64,000 bases of DNA, from contig NZ_JBNKPP010000092.1 in NCBI RefSeq assembly GCF_050295395.1, positions 21,654 through 85,653 of the forward strand, read 5' to 3'. This document shows, one piece after another, positions 41,052-51,055 of this stretch. This DNA comes from Agarivorans sp. (GTDB lineage Bacteria > Pseudomonadota > Gammaproteobacteria > Enterobacterales > Celerinatantimonadaceae). Both the position numbers and the translations under genes were made by a program. Positions within the stretch are counted from its first letter, which is position 1; each line of letters opens with the position of its first letter. The notes under the pieces are model-generated. The model was given only the letters and a program-made list of their open reading frames with translations. It was not told where the DNA came from and did not search any database.

Positions 41052-41969
41052 ATGCAAGCGTTAGCAATTCAGGGTTTGAAAAAGACTTACCCCGGTGGGG
41101 TGCAGGCGGTTAAAGGTTTCGACTTGGTGGTAGAACAAGGCGACTTTTTTGCTCTTCTTGGGCCTAATGGTGCAGGCAAGTCGACTTCTATCGGGGTGAT
41201 TACCTCGTTAGTCAATAAGTCGGCCGGAACGGTGAAAATTTTTGGCCATGATATTGATACTGAGTTAGAAGAAGCCAAGTCTTACGTTGGTTTGGTTCCT
41301 CAAGAATTTAACTTCAACCAGTTTGAAACAGTGCTGCAAATTGTCGTTAATCAGGCAGGCTACTACGGCGTGCCGCGTGCACTAGCCATTCAGCGAGCCG
41401 AGAAGTACTTATCTCAGTTAGATCTTTGGCAAAAACGAAATGCCCGGGCACGTGAGCTGTCGGGAGGCATGAAGCGCCGCCTGATGATTGCTCGAGCCTT
41501 GATGCATGAGCCTAAACTGCTGATTCTGGATGAGCCTACCGCCGGTGTTGATATTGAGTTACGCCGTTCTATGTGGCTGTTTCTCAAACAGTTAAACGCT
41601 CAGGGTATTACCATTATTCTTACCACCCACTATCTTGAAGAAGCGGAAATGCTATGCCGCAATATCGGCATTATTGACAAGGGTGAGTTGGTCGAGCATA
41701 CCTCGATGAAGCATTTATTATCGAAACTTAATCTAGAGACTTTTATTTTCGATATTGAACAGTTACCGGCTAATTTTACTTTGACTGGCTTTGAGAGTCG
41801 CCGAGTGGATGAGCATACTTTGGAAGTGGATGTAGAAAAGAGCCAAGGTTTAAATGCGGTGTTTCGCGCTTTAGATGAAGTGGGCATTGAGGTGCAAAGT
41901 ATGCGCAATAAGGCCAACCGCTTAGAAGAGCTGTTTGTGAGTTTAGTGGCGCAAGGGAGACAAGCATGA
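41052..41969 (+). CDS. yadG: ABC transporter ATP-binding protein YadG
   Basis: GPNGAGKS, LSGGMKRR, LDEPTAGVD, MRNKANRLEELF. Confidence 0.92.
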   Translation: MQALAIQGLKKTYPGGVQAVKGFDLVVEQGDFFALLGPNGAGKSTSIGVITSLVNKSAGTVKIFGHDIDTELEEAKSYVGLVPQEFNFNQFETVLQIVVNQAGYYGVPRALAIQRAEKYLSQLDLWQKRNARARELSGGMKRRLMIARALMHEPKLLILDEPTAGVDIELRRSMWLFLKQLNAQGITIILTTHYLEEAEMLCRNIGIIDKGELVEHTSMKHLLSKLNLETFIFDIEQLPANFTLTGFESRRVDEHTLEVDVEKSQGLNAVFRALDEVGIEVQSMRNKANRLEELFVSLVAQGRQA

Positions 41970-42739
41970 AGTTCGCTTTATATGGCACCGCGTTAAAAAG
42001 TATTCTAACTAAAGAAATCATTCGCTTTGGCCGTATCTGGGTGCAAACCTTAGTGCCACCTGCCATTACCATGAGTTTATATTTTGTTATTTTTGGTAAT
42101 TTGATTGGCTCACGGATTGGCCAAATGGGCGGTTATAGTTACATGGAATTCATTGTTCCAGGTTTGATTATGATGTCTATCATTACTAATTCCTATTCTA
42201 ATGTGGCTTCATCATTTTATAGTTGTAAGTTCCAACGTAACATCGAAGAACTGCTAGTGGCGCCAGTACCTAACTACATCATTATTTGGGGCTTTGTGGG
42301 TGGCGGTGTCGCCCGTGGTTTGTGTGTAGGTAGCATTGTTACTGCGGTATCACTGTTTTTTGTGCCACTGCAGCTGCATAGTGTGAGCGCCATTGTGCTT
42401 ACGGTGATATTAACCTCGATACTGTTTGCTCTAGGTGGTCTAATTAACGCCATTTATGCGAATAGTTTCGATGATATCAGTATTATTCCCACCTTTATTC
42501 TTACGCCCTTAACCTATTTGGGCGGGGTATTTTATTCGATCAGTTTGCTGCCTGGTTTTTGGCAAGGTGTGTCACAGATCAACCCAATCGTTTATATGGT
42601 GAACGCTTTCCGTTTTGGCTTTTTGGGGATCACCGACGTCTCTTTGTGGCTGTCTTTTAGCATGATTATTGGTTCCATTGTGGTGTTGTATACTTGGGCC
42701 TATATATTGATTAAACGTGGTTACGGATTAAGAGCATAA
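41966..42739 (+). CDS. yadH: ABC-2 permease YadH
   Basis: RIWVQTLVPPAITMSLYF, FQRNIEELLVAP. Confidence 0.92.
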   Translation: MKFALYGTALKSILTKEIIRFGRIWVQTLVPPAITMSLYFVIFGNLIGSRIGQMGGYSYMEFIVPGLIMMSIITNSYSNVASSFYSCKFQRNIEELLVAPVPNYIIIWGFVGGGVARGLCVGSIVTAVSLFFVPLQLHSVSAIVLTVILTSILFALGGLINAIYANSFDDISIIPTFILTPLTYLGGVFYSISLLPGFWQGVSQINPIVYMVNAFRFGFLGITDVSLWLSFSMIIGSIVVLYTWAYILIKRGYGLRA

Positions 42740-43404
42740 TGGAAGGTAACTCTCGTAGTGTTAGCTCCAATCAAGTGGGGCTGCATGAAAACCTAGATAA
42801 GGTGGTATTACGCCATTTAGCTCAGCCCTTTCAAAAGCCTTATCAACAGCATACGCTGGACGCGTTTTTGAAACTGGAAAAGCAAGTTGAAGCGGCTAAT
42901 CGTCCATTGATATTTGATTCCTGTTGCGGCACTGGTCTAAGCACGGCTGCGTTAGCGCAATTGCATCCCGATGCCTTGGTGGTGGGCACGGATAAGTCGG
43001 CCCATCGTTTAACCAAACATCAGGCACACTTTGACCAGTTAGGGCAAAACTACCTGTTGCTGCAAGTTGACTTAAATGACTTTTGGCGTTTAGCGGTGGA
43101 AGCTGGCTGGCAGCTAAGCCATCACTATATTCTTTATCCTAACCCTTGGCCAAAGTCTCGCCATTTGCAGCGTCGTTGGCACGGTAGCGCGGTATTTCCG
43201 TTTATTCTTAAACTGGGTGGCCAATTAGAGTTACGAAGCAATTGGCAAACTTACTTAGAAGAATTTCAAGTTGCTCTGCAGCTAGCGGGCTTTCAAAGTC
43301 AGCTGAATGCCTACCAAACCGAGCAGCCAATTACGGCCTTTGAGCGCAAGTACCAAAACAGCGCGCAGGCTTTGTGGCAACTTCGCTGCCAGCTTAGTTC
43401 TTAG
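42739..43404 (+). CDS. TrmB-like SAM-dependent methyltransferase
   Basis: FDSCCGTG SAM motif, YPNPWPK..H.QRR, GG.LELRSNW. Confidence 0.7.
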   Translation: MEGNSRSVSSNQVGLHENLDKVVLRHLAQPFQKPYQQHTLDAFLKLEKQVEAANRPLIFDSCCGTGLSTAALAQLHPDALVVGTDKSAHRLTKHQAHFDQLGQNYLLLQVDLNDFWRLAVEAGWQLSHHYILYPNPWPKSRHLQRRWHGSAVFPFILKLGGQLELRSNWQTYLEEFQVALQLAGFQSQLNAYQTEQPITAFERKYQNSAQALWQLRCQLSS

Positions 43405-44230
43405 CGTTTTGTTGCGCCTCCAAATGGGCGATGCCGGCATCAAATAGCTGGTAGAGCCCTTCTAATACCTTAGTGGCCTGTTGAAAATATTCATTTACCG
43501 GAATCGTTGGCTGGGGCTTGTTAATCAGCTCTTGCTCTATGGTGATGAGGAGTTCTTCAAGTAAACCTTGGTAAGCGGGTGTTTCAGGAATGAAACTATG
43601 AGCAAAATGATTCAGCGATTGTGCATCTATTTGACCAATTTTGTTATGCAAAAAAGCTAAGCGTATACGCTCCACACTGGTGCTATGCTGCGCGGCAGCT
43701 AGTCCACTACCTAAGGCGCGTACCTGGCCAATGGACTCGGCGGTTTCCAGCAATTCATACCATAAGAAGTCGATATTTTTATATTGCTTGCTAAGCGACG
43801 ACAGGCTGTAGTATTCGGCTAGATCTTGAGACAAAAACAGTAAGTTCTTAATCATCAGGCTGTGCTGAGCAATGTTGTTTTCCAAGTTGTTGTCTTTCCA
43901 GCTGTGTTGCAGCTTTGCCCAGTGCTGAACGAAGCTATCCCAGCGCGATTGAGCACTAACAAAGGCCTCGTTTGCTAGCTGCTGACTGTAGTCTTTAATA
44001 TCCTGCTGTTGTTGCTGAAGTGCCTTGGCTTGTTGTTTGTCACCATTGAGCATGGCCGAGCTTAGTCCACGGTGTTTTTGTAAAGAAACAATTAGGTTTT
44101 TCAGTTGTTTTAAGGTTTGTAAGCCTGCATAACGCTGCTTTAGTCGATGCCGACCGAGAGTCCAAGACAACAGCCCCGATAAAACGATCAGGCTGAGCAC
44201 ACCAGCAGAGATAAGCAAAATGGTATTCAT
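43394..44230 (-). CDS. NIT (nitrate/nitrite-sensing)-like domain protein with N-terminal membrane anchor
   Basis: LQKHRGLS and ESIGQVRALGSG segments resemble NIT-domain helices; no output domain. Confidence 0.65.
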   Translation of the reverse strand: MNTILLISAGVLSLIVLSGLLSWTLGRHRLKQRYAGLQTLKQLKNLIVSLQKHRGLSSAMLNGDKQQAKALQQQQQDIKDYSQQLANEAFVSAQSRWDSFVQHWAKLQHSWKDNNLENNIAQHSLMIKNLLFLSQDLAEYYSLSSLSKQYKNIDFLWYELLETAESIGQVRALGSGLAAAQHSTSVERIRLAFLHNKIGQIDAQSLNHFAHSFIPETPAYQGLLEELLITIEQELINKPQPTIPVNEYFQQATKVLEGLYQLFDAGIAHLEAQQNAKN

Positions 44231-44231
44231 C

Positions 44232-45329
44232 TTAAGCTCCTTGTTGGCTTAACACATTGAGATGTTTAGCGATGTAGGCACTTTGTTCAGCGCTGTTGGT
44301 ATTGTTGCGAGCCGCGTCTGCCACTTGGTTAATATGCTGAGAGAGTTCTATTGTGGCGGCGTGTTGCTGTTCACTGTTACTGGCAATGATCTCCGTTTGT
44401 ACTTGTAACTCTTGGTTTTTGGCATAAATCTTGGTTAACTGTTGGCGCGAGTGCTCTACTTTGTGTTGAATGGTTTCGGCTTGTGAACTCAGTTCGGTAA
44501 TGTCGCTTAGCACCTCATCAATATTACTCAGAATATCCTGCATGCTCTGGCTGATTTGGTTGGCTGAATCTCGGCTGCGAATAGCCAGCGCTTTGACTTC
44601 ATCGGCGACAATGGCAAAGCCTCGGCCATGTTCTCCGGCGCGTGCCGCCTCAATCGAAGCATTTAAGGCGAGTAGGTTAGTCTGTTCGGCAATCGCTTCA
44701 ATGGTTTTAGATATACTGCTAACGGCATGGGATTTTTGATGCAGTTGGGTGACTTTATTTAGGCTTTGCTCGCCTTGAACCACCATTTTTTCGCTGCCTT
44801 GTTGGGCATCTAGCGCCGCCTCTTGGCCTAGCTCTGAAAAGCGTCTCGCTTCAAAGCTGGCTTCCGCTACCCGTTTTACCTGTTCTGCCACATCTTTAAT
44901 GCTCTCACTCATTTCGACAATGGCGCTGGCCGATGCTTGACTGCTATCGGCTTGTTGAATTGCGCTAGAGGCCACTAGTTGGGCTTGTTGGCTTAGCTCT
45001 TTAGAGCAATGATTAATTTCATTTAGTGCATCTTGTTGTTGAGCCACTTGCCGAGCTTGTTCGGTGACTAGCTCCAATTGCTGTTGGCGAAGGTCTTGAA
45101 ATAGGTAGCTCGCTAAGCCCCTTTCATGCTGTTGGTTAGGCTGATTTACCTGTTGAATCAATAAACTCAGAATGCTTTGGTTTGCCAGTGCGAGAATAAT
45201 GCTTAATCCAATCAATAATAGGCTGCTCAAGCTTGCATTAGGGTAGCTATTAACAATAGTTAGCCCGATTAAGAGGATGTAGCCCAGCAGTAAGCTGTAA
45301 AAAATGGTGGCAGCGCTCCGCATCTGCAC
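44232..45329 (-). CDS. Methyl-accepting chemotaxis protein lacking a periplasmic sensor
   Basis: [33 protein letters not shown]; two closely spaced TM helices at the N-terminus. Confidence 0.92.
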   Translation of the reverse strand: MQMRSAATIFYSLLLGYILLIGLTIVNSYPNASLSSLLLIGLSIILALANQSILSLLIQQVNQPNQQHERGLASYLFQDLRQQQLELVTEQARQVAQQQDALNEINHCSKELSQQAQLVASSAIQQADSSQASASAIVEMSESIKDVAEQVKRVAEASFEARRFSELGQEAALDAQQGSEKMVVQGEQSLNKVTQLHQKSHAVSSISKTIEAIAEQTNLLALNASIEAARAGEHGRGFAIVADEVKALAIRSRDSANQISQSMQDILSNIDEVLSDITELSSQAETIQHKVEHSRQQLTKIYAKNQELQVQTEIIASNSEQQHAATIELSQHINQVADAARNNTNSAEQSAYIAKHLNVLSQQGA

Positions 45330-45347
45330 TCCTTGGTGATGTTAGTT

Positions 45348-45800
45348 TTAGTGCTTATTGAGTAATAAAGCAAAGACTGTACCCTTTGGAGATGGTGCGG
45401 AAAAAGAGCGTTGTGCTAACAGCTCGCCCAAGACGATAATTTTTTGATGATGGAGTCGAATTTCACTTAACTCTCGGCTCAGATGTAGACTCTGCCAGTG
45501 CTCAATTAAAGCTTCTAATTGGCAGCAAACTTGGTAATTTTGCTGGGTTTGCAGTTTTAGGATGATTTCATCAACCTGTTCTTTGGCGCGATCCAGCAAT
45601 GTGGGGCTAAAGAGCGGGTCGTTGACGCGTTGAGCATGTAGGCGCCAATGTTGGCGAATCGCCTTATTTAGCATTTCAAGTAGCTGTTTTTGAGCTATAA
45701 ATCGTTGTTTATCGGCCTGTTGTTGGGCACTTAGGGGCAGTGATATTGGCACTAAAGCCAATATTAGCAAGCTGACCAATACCAGACTAATACTTAGCAT
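45348..45800 (-). CDS. Hypothetical membrane-anchored helical protein, first gene of the MCP operon
   Basis: GGAG RBS; N-terminal TM helix; 18-bp gap to the MCP gene. Confidence 0.6.
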   Translation of the reverse strand: MLSISLVLVSLLILALVPISLPLSAQQQADKQRFIAQKQLLEMLNKAIRQHWRLHAQRVNDPLFSPTLLDRAKEQVDEIILKLQTQQNYQVCCQLEALIEHWQSLHLSRELSEIRLHHQKIIVLGELLAQRSFSAPSPKGTVFALLLNKH

Positions 45801-45989
45801 TAATGCTCTCCTGCGCTAGTAATGAGGTTCCTCTACTATTACAGCAAAAAACAAACCAAGCGCTTATAGAATGGCGATGAAGAGCGTGTTTGTCTCTAGT
45901 TTTGTGAGCTAAGTTAGTGAAATATCTGTTTTTATCGAGCCTTGCTTAGCTCATTCAGGGTTTTATCAGGGGATGCTAAAAGTTGGATT

Positions 45990-46020
45990 AGCGGGCCTGC
46001 ACGTAACTGGTGCGCCCGCT
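45990..46020 (-). terminator. Hairpin after panD
   Basis: AGCGGGC/GCCCGCT and GCAC/GTGC stems; weak U-tract. Confidence 0.45.
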
Positions 46021-46042
46021 TAAGCCTTGCTCTGTTTTGGTG

Positions 46043-46423
46043 CTAGGCCAATTGCACAGGAATAGCTTTACTGGTTCTTACAATGTCATTGTTTTCATTT
46101 AGATAAACTAAAGATGGCTTATGACTTTTAGCTTGCTCGTTATCCATGGCAACGTAAGCACAAATAATGACTCGGTCGCCAACCGCCGCGCGCCGCGCTG
46201 CTGCACCGTTAACCGAGATGATTTTCGAACCGCGCTCACCAGAAATAGCATAAGTGGAGAAACGTTCACCATTCTCAATGTTGTAAATATCAATTTTTTC
46301 GTACTCGAGAATACCAGCTTGATCCAGAATATCTTGGTCAATGGCGCAAGATCCTTCGTAATTAAGTTCGGCGTGGGTGACACGAGCCTGATGAAGCTTG
46401 CCTTTTAGCATGGTGGTTTGCAT
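46043..46423 (-). CDS. panD: Aspartate 1-decarboxylase
   Basis: [13 protein letters not shown] cleavage site, NGAAAR. Confidence 0.97.
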   Translation of the reverse strand: MQTTMLKGKLHQARVTHAELNYEGSCAIDQDILDQAGILEYEKIDIYNIENGERFSTYAISGERGSKIISVNGAAARRAAVGDRVIICAYVAMDNEQAKSHKPSLVYLNENNDIVRTSKAIPVQLA

Positions 46424-46451
46424 CGAGATCCTCTCTTTATAAAAAATGAAA

Positions 46452-47300
46452 CTAGTTAACGCTTACTACGCAGTTATCGATAAGCCTTACATCACCTAAG
46501 AAGGCGGCCATAAGAATCACTGCATGACGAGATTGCGCAGATAATGGAGTTAAGCTAGCGGCATCAACCACGTCGATGCCGTCGCAAATAAAACCGTGTT
46601 GCTCTAATTGCTGCTTGGTCTGTTCCACCAATTGCGTGATGTTATTAAGCTTTAGCTGCTCAGCTAGCTGGTACATCTGTTGTGCCAATATAGGGGCCTT
46701 ATCACGTTGCTCTGGGCTTAAGCGATTATTGCGCGAACTCATGGCTAAGCCGTCAGCTTCTCTAACGGTGGCCAGCCCACGGATCTCTATCGGTAGCAGC
46801 AAGTCTTTGGTCATTTTGCGGATCAACGCCAGTTGCTGGAAGTCTTTCTCGCCAAATACCGCTAAATCAGGTTGAACTAAATTGAACAGCTTACAGACCA
46901 CCGTGGCTACGCCTTCAAAATGGCCTGGGCGTAATTCGCCTTCTAGTATGTCGGATAGTCCGGGGACCTTAACTTTGGTTTGTTCGGCTAAGCCGTTGGG
47001 GTAGAGCACTTCAGCGCTGGGGACAAAGGCGAAGTCAGCGCCGGCTTCTCTCAAGGCTTGTAAATCTTGTTCTAGGGTACGCGGGTAAGAGTCAAGATCG
47101 CTGCTGTTATTAAATTGCAGCGGATTGACAAAAATCGACACCACCACGCGGTCACAGTAGCGTTGCGCTTCTTTAACTAAGGCAATATGCCCTTGATGCA
47201 AGTTGCCCATGGTAGGGACAAAGCCTAGTTTAAGCCCTTGTTGACGCACGCTATTTAGCGCTTCGCGTAATGGCTCTGGCTGCTCGAAAACATTAAGCAT
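46452..47300 (-). CDS. panC: Pantoate-beta-alanine ligase
   Basis: [31 protein letters not shown]. Confidence 0.97.
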   Translation of the reverse strand: MLNVFEQPEPLREALNSVRQQGLKLGFVPTMGNLHQGHIALVKEAQRYCDRVVVSIFVNPLQFNNSSDLDSYPRTLEQDLQALREAGADFAFVPSAEVLYPNGLAEQTKVKVPGLSDILEGELRPGHFEGVATVVCKLFNLVQPDLAVFGEKDFQQLALIRKMTKDLLLPIEIRGLATVREADGLAMSSRNNRLSPEQRDKAPILAQQMYQLAEQLKLNNITQLVEQTKQQLEQHGFICDGIDVVDAASLTPLSAQSRHAVILMAAFLGDVRLIDNCVVSVN

Positions 47301-48094
47301 TAGTTGAAACTCTGAGCTTCACCTGGGAACTCACCCGAGGCTACTTGGTTTAGATAAAGGCTAATTGCGCTGCGAATATCCCCAGTTTCGGCTAAGAAGT
47401 TCTTTGAAAACTTAGGAATATGCCCCTTGCTGATGCCAAAGGCATCATGCATTACCAGTATTTGCCCATCGGTGACATTGCCCGCACCAATACCAATCAC
47501 TGGTATGCTTAAAGCCTCGGTGATTTGCTCGGCCAGCTGAGTGGGTATGCATTCAACCACTAGTAATTGAATGCCGGCGGCTTCTAATGCTTTGGCGTGT
47601 TCAATCATTTGCTGCGCTTGTTGTTCGTTGCGCCCTTGCACTTTATAACCACCGAACAGGTGAACCGATTGAGGGGTTAGCCCTAGGTGACCACAAACGG
47701 GGACGCCGCGTTCCACCAAACCCTTGATGGTTGAGCTAAGCCATTCGCCGCCTTCTAACTTGACCATTTGCGCGCCAGCTTGCATTAGCTGGGCTGCGTT
47801 TTGGTAGCTTTGCTCGGGAGTGGCATAAGACATAAACGGCATGTCGGCCACGATCATGGCTTGTGTGGTACCTCGAGCCACACAGCGAGTATGGTAGGCA
47901 ATGTCGTCGATGGTCACCGCTAGGGTATCGTTGTGTCCCTGTAATACCATGCCCAAGGAGTCACCAATCAGCAACATATGCATGCCAAGTTCGTCAAACA
48001 ACGCGGCAAAGCTGGCGTCATAGGCGGTGATACAGGAAAATTTCTCGTTGTTTTGTTTGAATTTTTGTAGCTGAGAAACTGTAATTCTGCTCAT
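47300..48094 (-). CDS. panB: 3-methyl-2-oxobutanoate hydroxymethyltransferase
   Basis: [25 protein letters not shown]. Confidence 0.97.
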   Translation of the reverse strand: MSRITVSQLQKFKQNNEKFSCITAYDASFAALFDELGMHMLLIGDSLGMVLQGHNDTLAVTIDDIAYHTRCVARGTTQAMIVADMPFMSYATPEQSYQNAAQLMQAGAQMVKLEGGEWLSSTIKGLVERGVPVCGHLGLTPQSVHLFGGYKVQGRNEQQAQQMIEHAKALEAAGIQLLVVECIPTQLAEQITEALSIPVIGIGAGNVTDGQILVMHDAFGISKGHIPKFSKNFLAETGDIRSAISLYLNQVASGEFPGEAQSFN

Positions 48095-48149
48095 AGTTAG
48101 TTACCGTTTACTTCGCATCAGGAAGTAAATTATCTAGTGAATATGCTCA

Positions 48150-48650
48150 TCAAGCCCACTCTTGAGGGCGTTTGAAAACTTGTAATCCGTTATTATCGAT
48201 AGATTCTGCTAGTTGTGTCACCGAACTCCCGTCGGGTAAGCACAAATCTTCGGCAATTTCAGCGAGCGGTAATAATACAAACTCTCGCTGCTTCATTCCA
48301 TAGTGTGGAACTGTTAGCCGAGGGGTGTCGATTACTTGCTGGTCATACAGCAGAATGTCGAGGTCTAAGGTTCTGGGGCCCCAGCGTTGTTGCTTACGAA
48401 CTCTGCCTTGTTGCTGTTCGATATTTTGAGTGAAATCGAGCAACTCCAAGGGGGAAAGCTCGGTGGAGATATGTAGTACCGCGTTAAGGTAGTCGGGCTG
48501 ATCTTGTGGGCCCATGGGACGACTGCGGTAGAGAGATGACGCAGCCAACAATTGAATCTGCTGGCTGGCGGCGAGGCTCTGCCTTGCCGCTATCGCTTGC
48601 TGAAGTGGTTCGACTAAGTTGCTACCTAGTGCGATAAAGCAATGGCTCAT
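48150..48650 (-). CDS. folK: 2-amino-4-hydroxy-6-hydroxymethyldihydropteridine diphosphokinase
   Basis: ALGSNL, QPDYLNAV, WGPRTLDLDIL, PHY. Confidence 0.96.
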   Translation of the reverse strand: MSHCFIALGSNLVEPLQQAIAARQSLAASQQIQLLAASSLYRSRPMGPQDQPDYLNAVLHISTELSPLELLDFTQNIEQQQGRVRKQQRWGPRTLDLDILLYDQQVIDTPRLTVPHYGMKQREFVLLPLAEIAEDLCLPDGSSVTQLAESIDNNGLQVFKRPQEWA

Positions 48651-50026
48651 GATTCGTTAGAGGTATTTTTGGGTTTACGGCGACGACGTTTGTTGTTGCG
48701 ACCGGCGCTTTTATTGAGTTCGCGAACCATGCTATTACGCCCTTGCTCGTTACTCCGTTGCCATTGTTGCCACCATTGAGCTAGTTCGCCTAGCTGTTGA
48801 TCTTGGCTGGCCTTGGCTCGCAGTTCCAAAAAGTCAAAGGCGGCTCTAAAGCGCGGATGAGCAAAAGTTTGGAAGGCGCGTTTGCCAAAACGGCGATCCA
48901 GTCGAGATTGCAGCTGCCAAATCTCTCTAATGCCTGTAGTGAAGCGTTTCGGTATGGCGATACTCTTACATTGTTCACTCAGTACCCAGTTCATCGCCAT
49001 TGCCATGGCATCATGTTCACCCAATGACAGTTCAACCAATAACTCATCTTTTTTGATTTCGAGCAGCGGCCATAGCAATGCTGCAAAGATAAAGGCCGGA
49101 GTGACTTTTTGCTCACCTCGCACCCGTTTATCGGTGCTGGCCAAGGCCATTAAAATAAAGCGTAGCTCTGGAGCGTCTTCGTCCCATTGTTGGAGCAAGG
49201 GCTTTAACAGAGGGAATAAGGGGTAGAGTAACTGGGTTTGAGCCAGCATTTTGAAGGTTTCTTTGCCTTCACCGCTTAACAGCAATTTCAGGCTTTCTTC
49301 AAACAAACGGGCTGCTGGAATGTCTTTTAATAAATGACCGTACTCGGCAATTGGCGCAAGGCTTTCTGGCGCGATATCGAAATCTAATTTGACCGCAAAG
49401 CGCACCGCTCTGAGCATCCGTACAGGATCTTCTCGATAACGAGTTTCTGGGTCACCAATCAGCTGTAAACGACGCTCGGCAATGTCGCCAATGCCGCCGG
49501 CAAAGTCTACCACCGAGAAATCGGCGATGTTGTAGTAAAGCGCATTCACCGTGAAGTCGCGACGTTCAGCATCTTCTTCAATGCTGCCATAAACGTTGTC
49601 ACGTAGCAGCATGCCTTCGTCACTGCGTTTAGAATCGGTATTGGCTTGTTCGCTATCGTGATGACCACGGAAGGTGGCCACTTCGATGATGTCGCGCCCA
49701 AATAGAATATGAGCGAGACGAAAGCGCCGACCCACTAGTCGACAGTTTCGGAACAAACCTTTGATTTGCTCTGGGGTGGCATCGGTGGCGATATCAAAGT
49801 CTTTTGGCTGTTTGCCCAAGAGTAAGTCGCGAACTCCGCCTCCTACCAAGTAGGCTTTGTAACCCGACTTGTGTAGACGGTATAAAACCTTAAGGGCATT
49901 TTCGCTAATGTCTTGACGTGAAATATTGTGCTCGGCACGCGGAATCACTTGTTGCTCTATAGTCACGGTTTGTTTGCTATTCGGCTTGATGATCCGTTTA
50001 TATACCTTGGCCAGTTTACGTAAAAT
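48647..50026 (-). CDS. pcnB: Poly(A) polymerase I, probable AUU start
   Basis: VGGGVRDLLLG..PKDFDIAT, RRDFTVNA, HPRFRAAFDFL; in-frame ATT at 50026 after AAGGGGG extends the track ORF by 20 codons. Confidence 0.93.
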   Translation of the reverse strand: MLRKLAKVYKRIIKPNSKQTVTIEQQVIPRAEHNISRQDISENALKVLYRLHKSGYKAYLVGGGVRDLLLGKQPKDFDIATDATPEQIKGLFRNCRLVGRRFRLAHILFGRDIIEVATFRGHHDSEQANTDSKRSDEGMLLRDNVYGSIEEDAERRDFTVNALYYNIADFSVVDFAGGIGDIAERRLQLIGDPETRYREDPVRMLRAVRFAVKLDFDIAPESLAPIAEYGHLLKDIPAARLFEESLKLLLSGEGKETFKMLAQTQLLYPLFPLLKPLLQQWDEDAPELRFILMALASTDKRVRGEQKVTPAFIFAALLWPLLEIKKDELLVELSLGEHDAMAMAMNWVLSEQCKSIAIPKRFTTGIREIWQLQSRLDRRFGKRAFQTFAHPRFRAAFDFLELRAKASQDQQLGELAQWWQQWQRSNEQGRNSMVRELNKSAGRNNKRRRRKPKNTSNES

Positions 50027-50108
50027 GGTTGCCCCCTTGAGCGCACGATACCTAGATGGTGAAAAATAAGGCGCTAATATAGCTTTTTTAGCAAGAAATA
50101 CAACTTAT

Positions 50109-50984
50109 TCACTGGCTGTTTAGCGAGATTTTGGGCAGTGTTGCGAGCTGCCAATTCGCTACTGCCTTGTTTAATATTTGCTCACAGCTTAGTTCAATCC
50201 ATTGGTTTTCGCTGGCTTGCCCTAGATAATTCAAGGCTTTCAGTAGTAGCTGCTGATTTTGTTTTCCAGAGATAGAAGGGGCGTGGTTTTGTTTGCTGAG
50301 TTTATTGCCATGTTGGTCAAACACCAGTGGTAAATGTAAATAGGCCGGTGCTGGCTGAGCCAAGCGTTTAAAAATAGCGATTTGCTTACCGGTGGTATAC
50401 AGCAGATCGGCGCCTCTCACCACCTCAGTAATGCCTTGCTCGGCATCATCTAAGGTCACCGCTAGATTGTAAGCATATAGCCCATCCCTGCGCTTAATAA
50501 TGAAGTCTTCTTCGGCTTCGGCGGTTGGTAGTTGTACCTCACCATAGGCTTGGTCGTGGAAGTGGTAAACCGGCTGCTGGTTGCAAAAGCGCAGTGCTAA
50601 ACCGTCGCCGCTGAGCTGTTTGTTTCGGCAATTGCCTAGATACACACCGCCTGAGGCCTTAATTTGTTTGCGAGTACATTGGCAATAATAGGCTTGTTGT
50701 TGGCTAAGCCAGTGGTCAATTTGTTGCTGATAGCGCTTAAGCTGCTGACTTTGGTAGCGTACTTCGCCATCCCAATAGAGGGCGAATTGTTCCAACTGTT
50801 TTTGAATTAACGTGCTGGCACCGGCTTGTTCACGAGGCGGGTCAATATCTTCAATGCGCAGTAACCATTGGCCTTGCTGAGAACGGGCTTGTAAATAACT
50901 GCCGAGAGCGGCAACTAAGGAGCCTAGGTGTAAAGGACCTGAAGGCGAAGGGGCAAAACGGCCAATGTAGGGCTTAGCTGTCAT
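50109..50984 (-). CDS. gluQ: Glutamyl-Q tRNA(Asp) synthetase
   Basis: RFAPSPSGPLHLGS, LRIEDID, KLSKQN; no anticodon-binding domain. Confidence 0.94.
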   Translation of the reverse strand: MTAKPYIGRFAPSPSGPLHLGSLVAALGSYLQARSQQGQWLLRIEDIDPPREQAGASTLIQKQLEQFALYWDGEVRYQSQQLKRYQQQIDHWLSQQQAYYCQCTRKQIKASGGVYLGNCRNKQLSGDGLALRFCNQQPVYHFHDQAYGEVQLPTAEAEEDFIIKRRDGLYAYNLAVTLDDAEQGITEVVRGADLLYTTGKQIAIFKRLAQPAPAYLHLPLVFDQHGNKLSKQNHAPSISGKQNQQLLLKALNYLGQASENQWIELSCEQILNKAVANWQLATLPKISLNSQ

Positions 50985-51004
50985 GGTGAATACTTAGCAA
51001 TACA

Positions 51005-51045
51005 AAGCCGAGCAGTTAACCACGACAAATGGTAACTGCTGGCTT
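51005..51045 (-). terminator. Hairpin between dksA and gluQ
   Basis: AAGCC.AGCAGTT.ACCA / TGGT-AACTGCT-GGCTT imperfect stem. Confidence 0.55.
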
Positions 51046-51055
51046 GTCGTTCTTC

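Noticed and set aside
45930-45965. sigma28-like promoter for the MCP operon (CTCGATAA on the minus strand)
   Set aside because: -10 has two mismatches and there is no TAAA at the right spacing.
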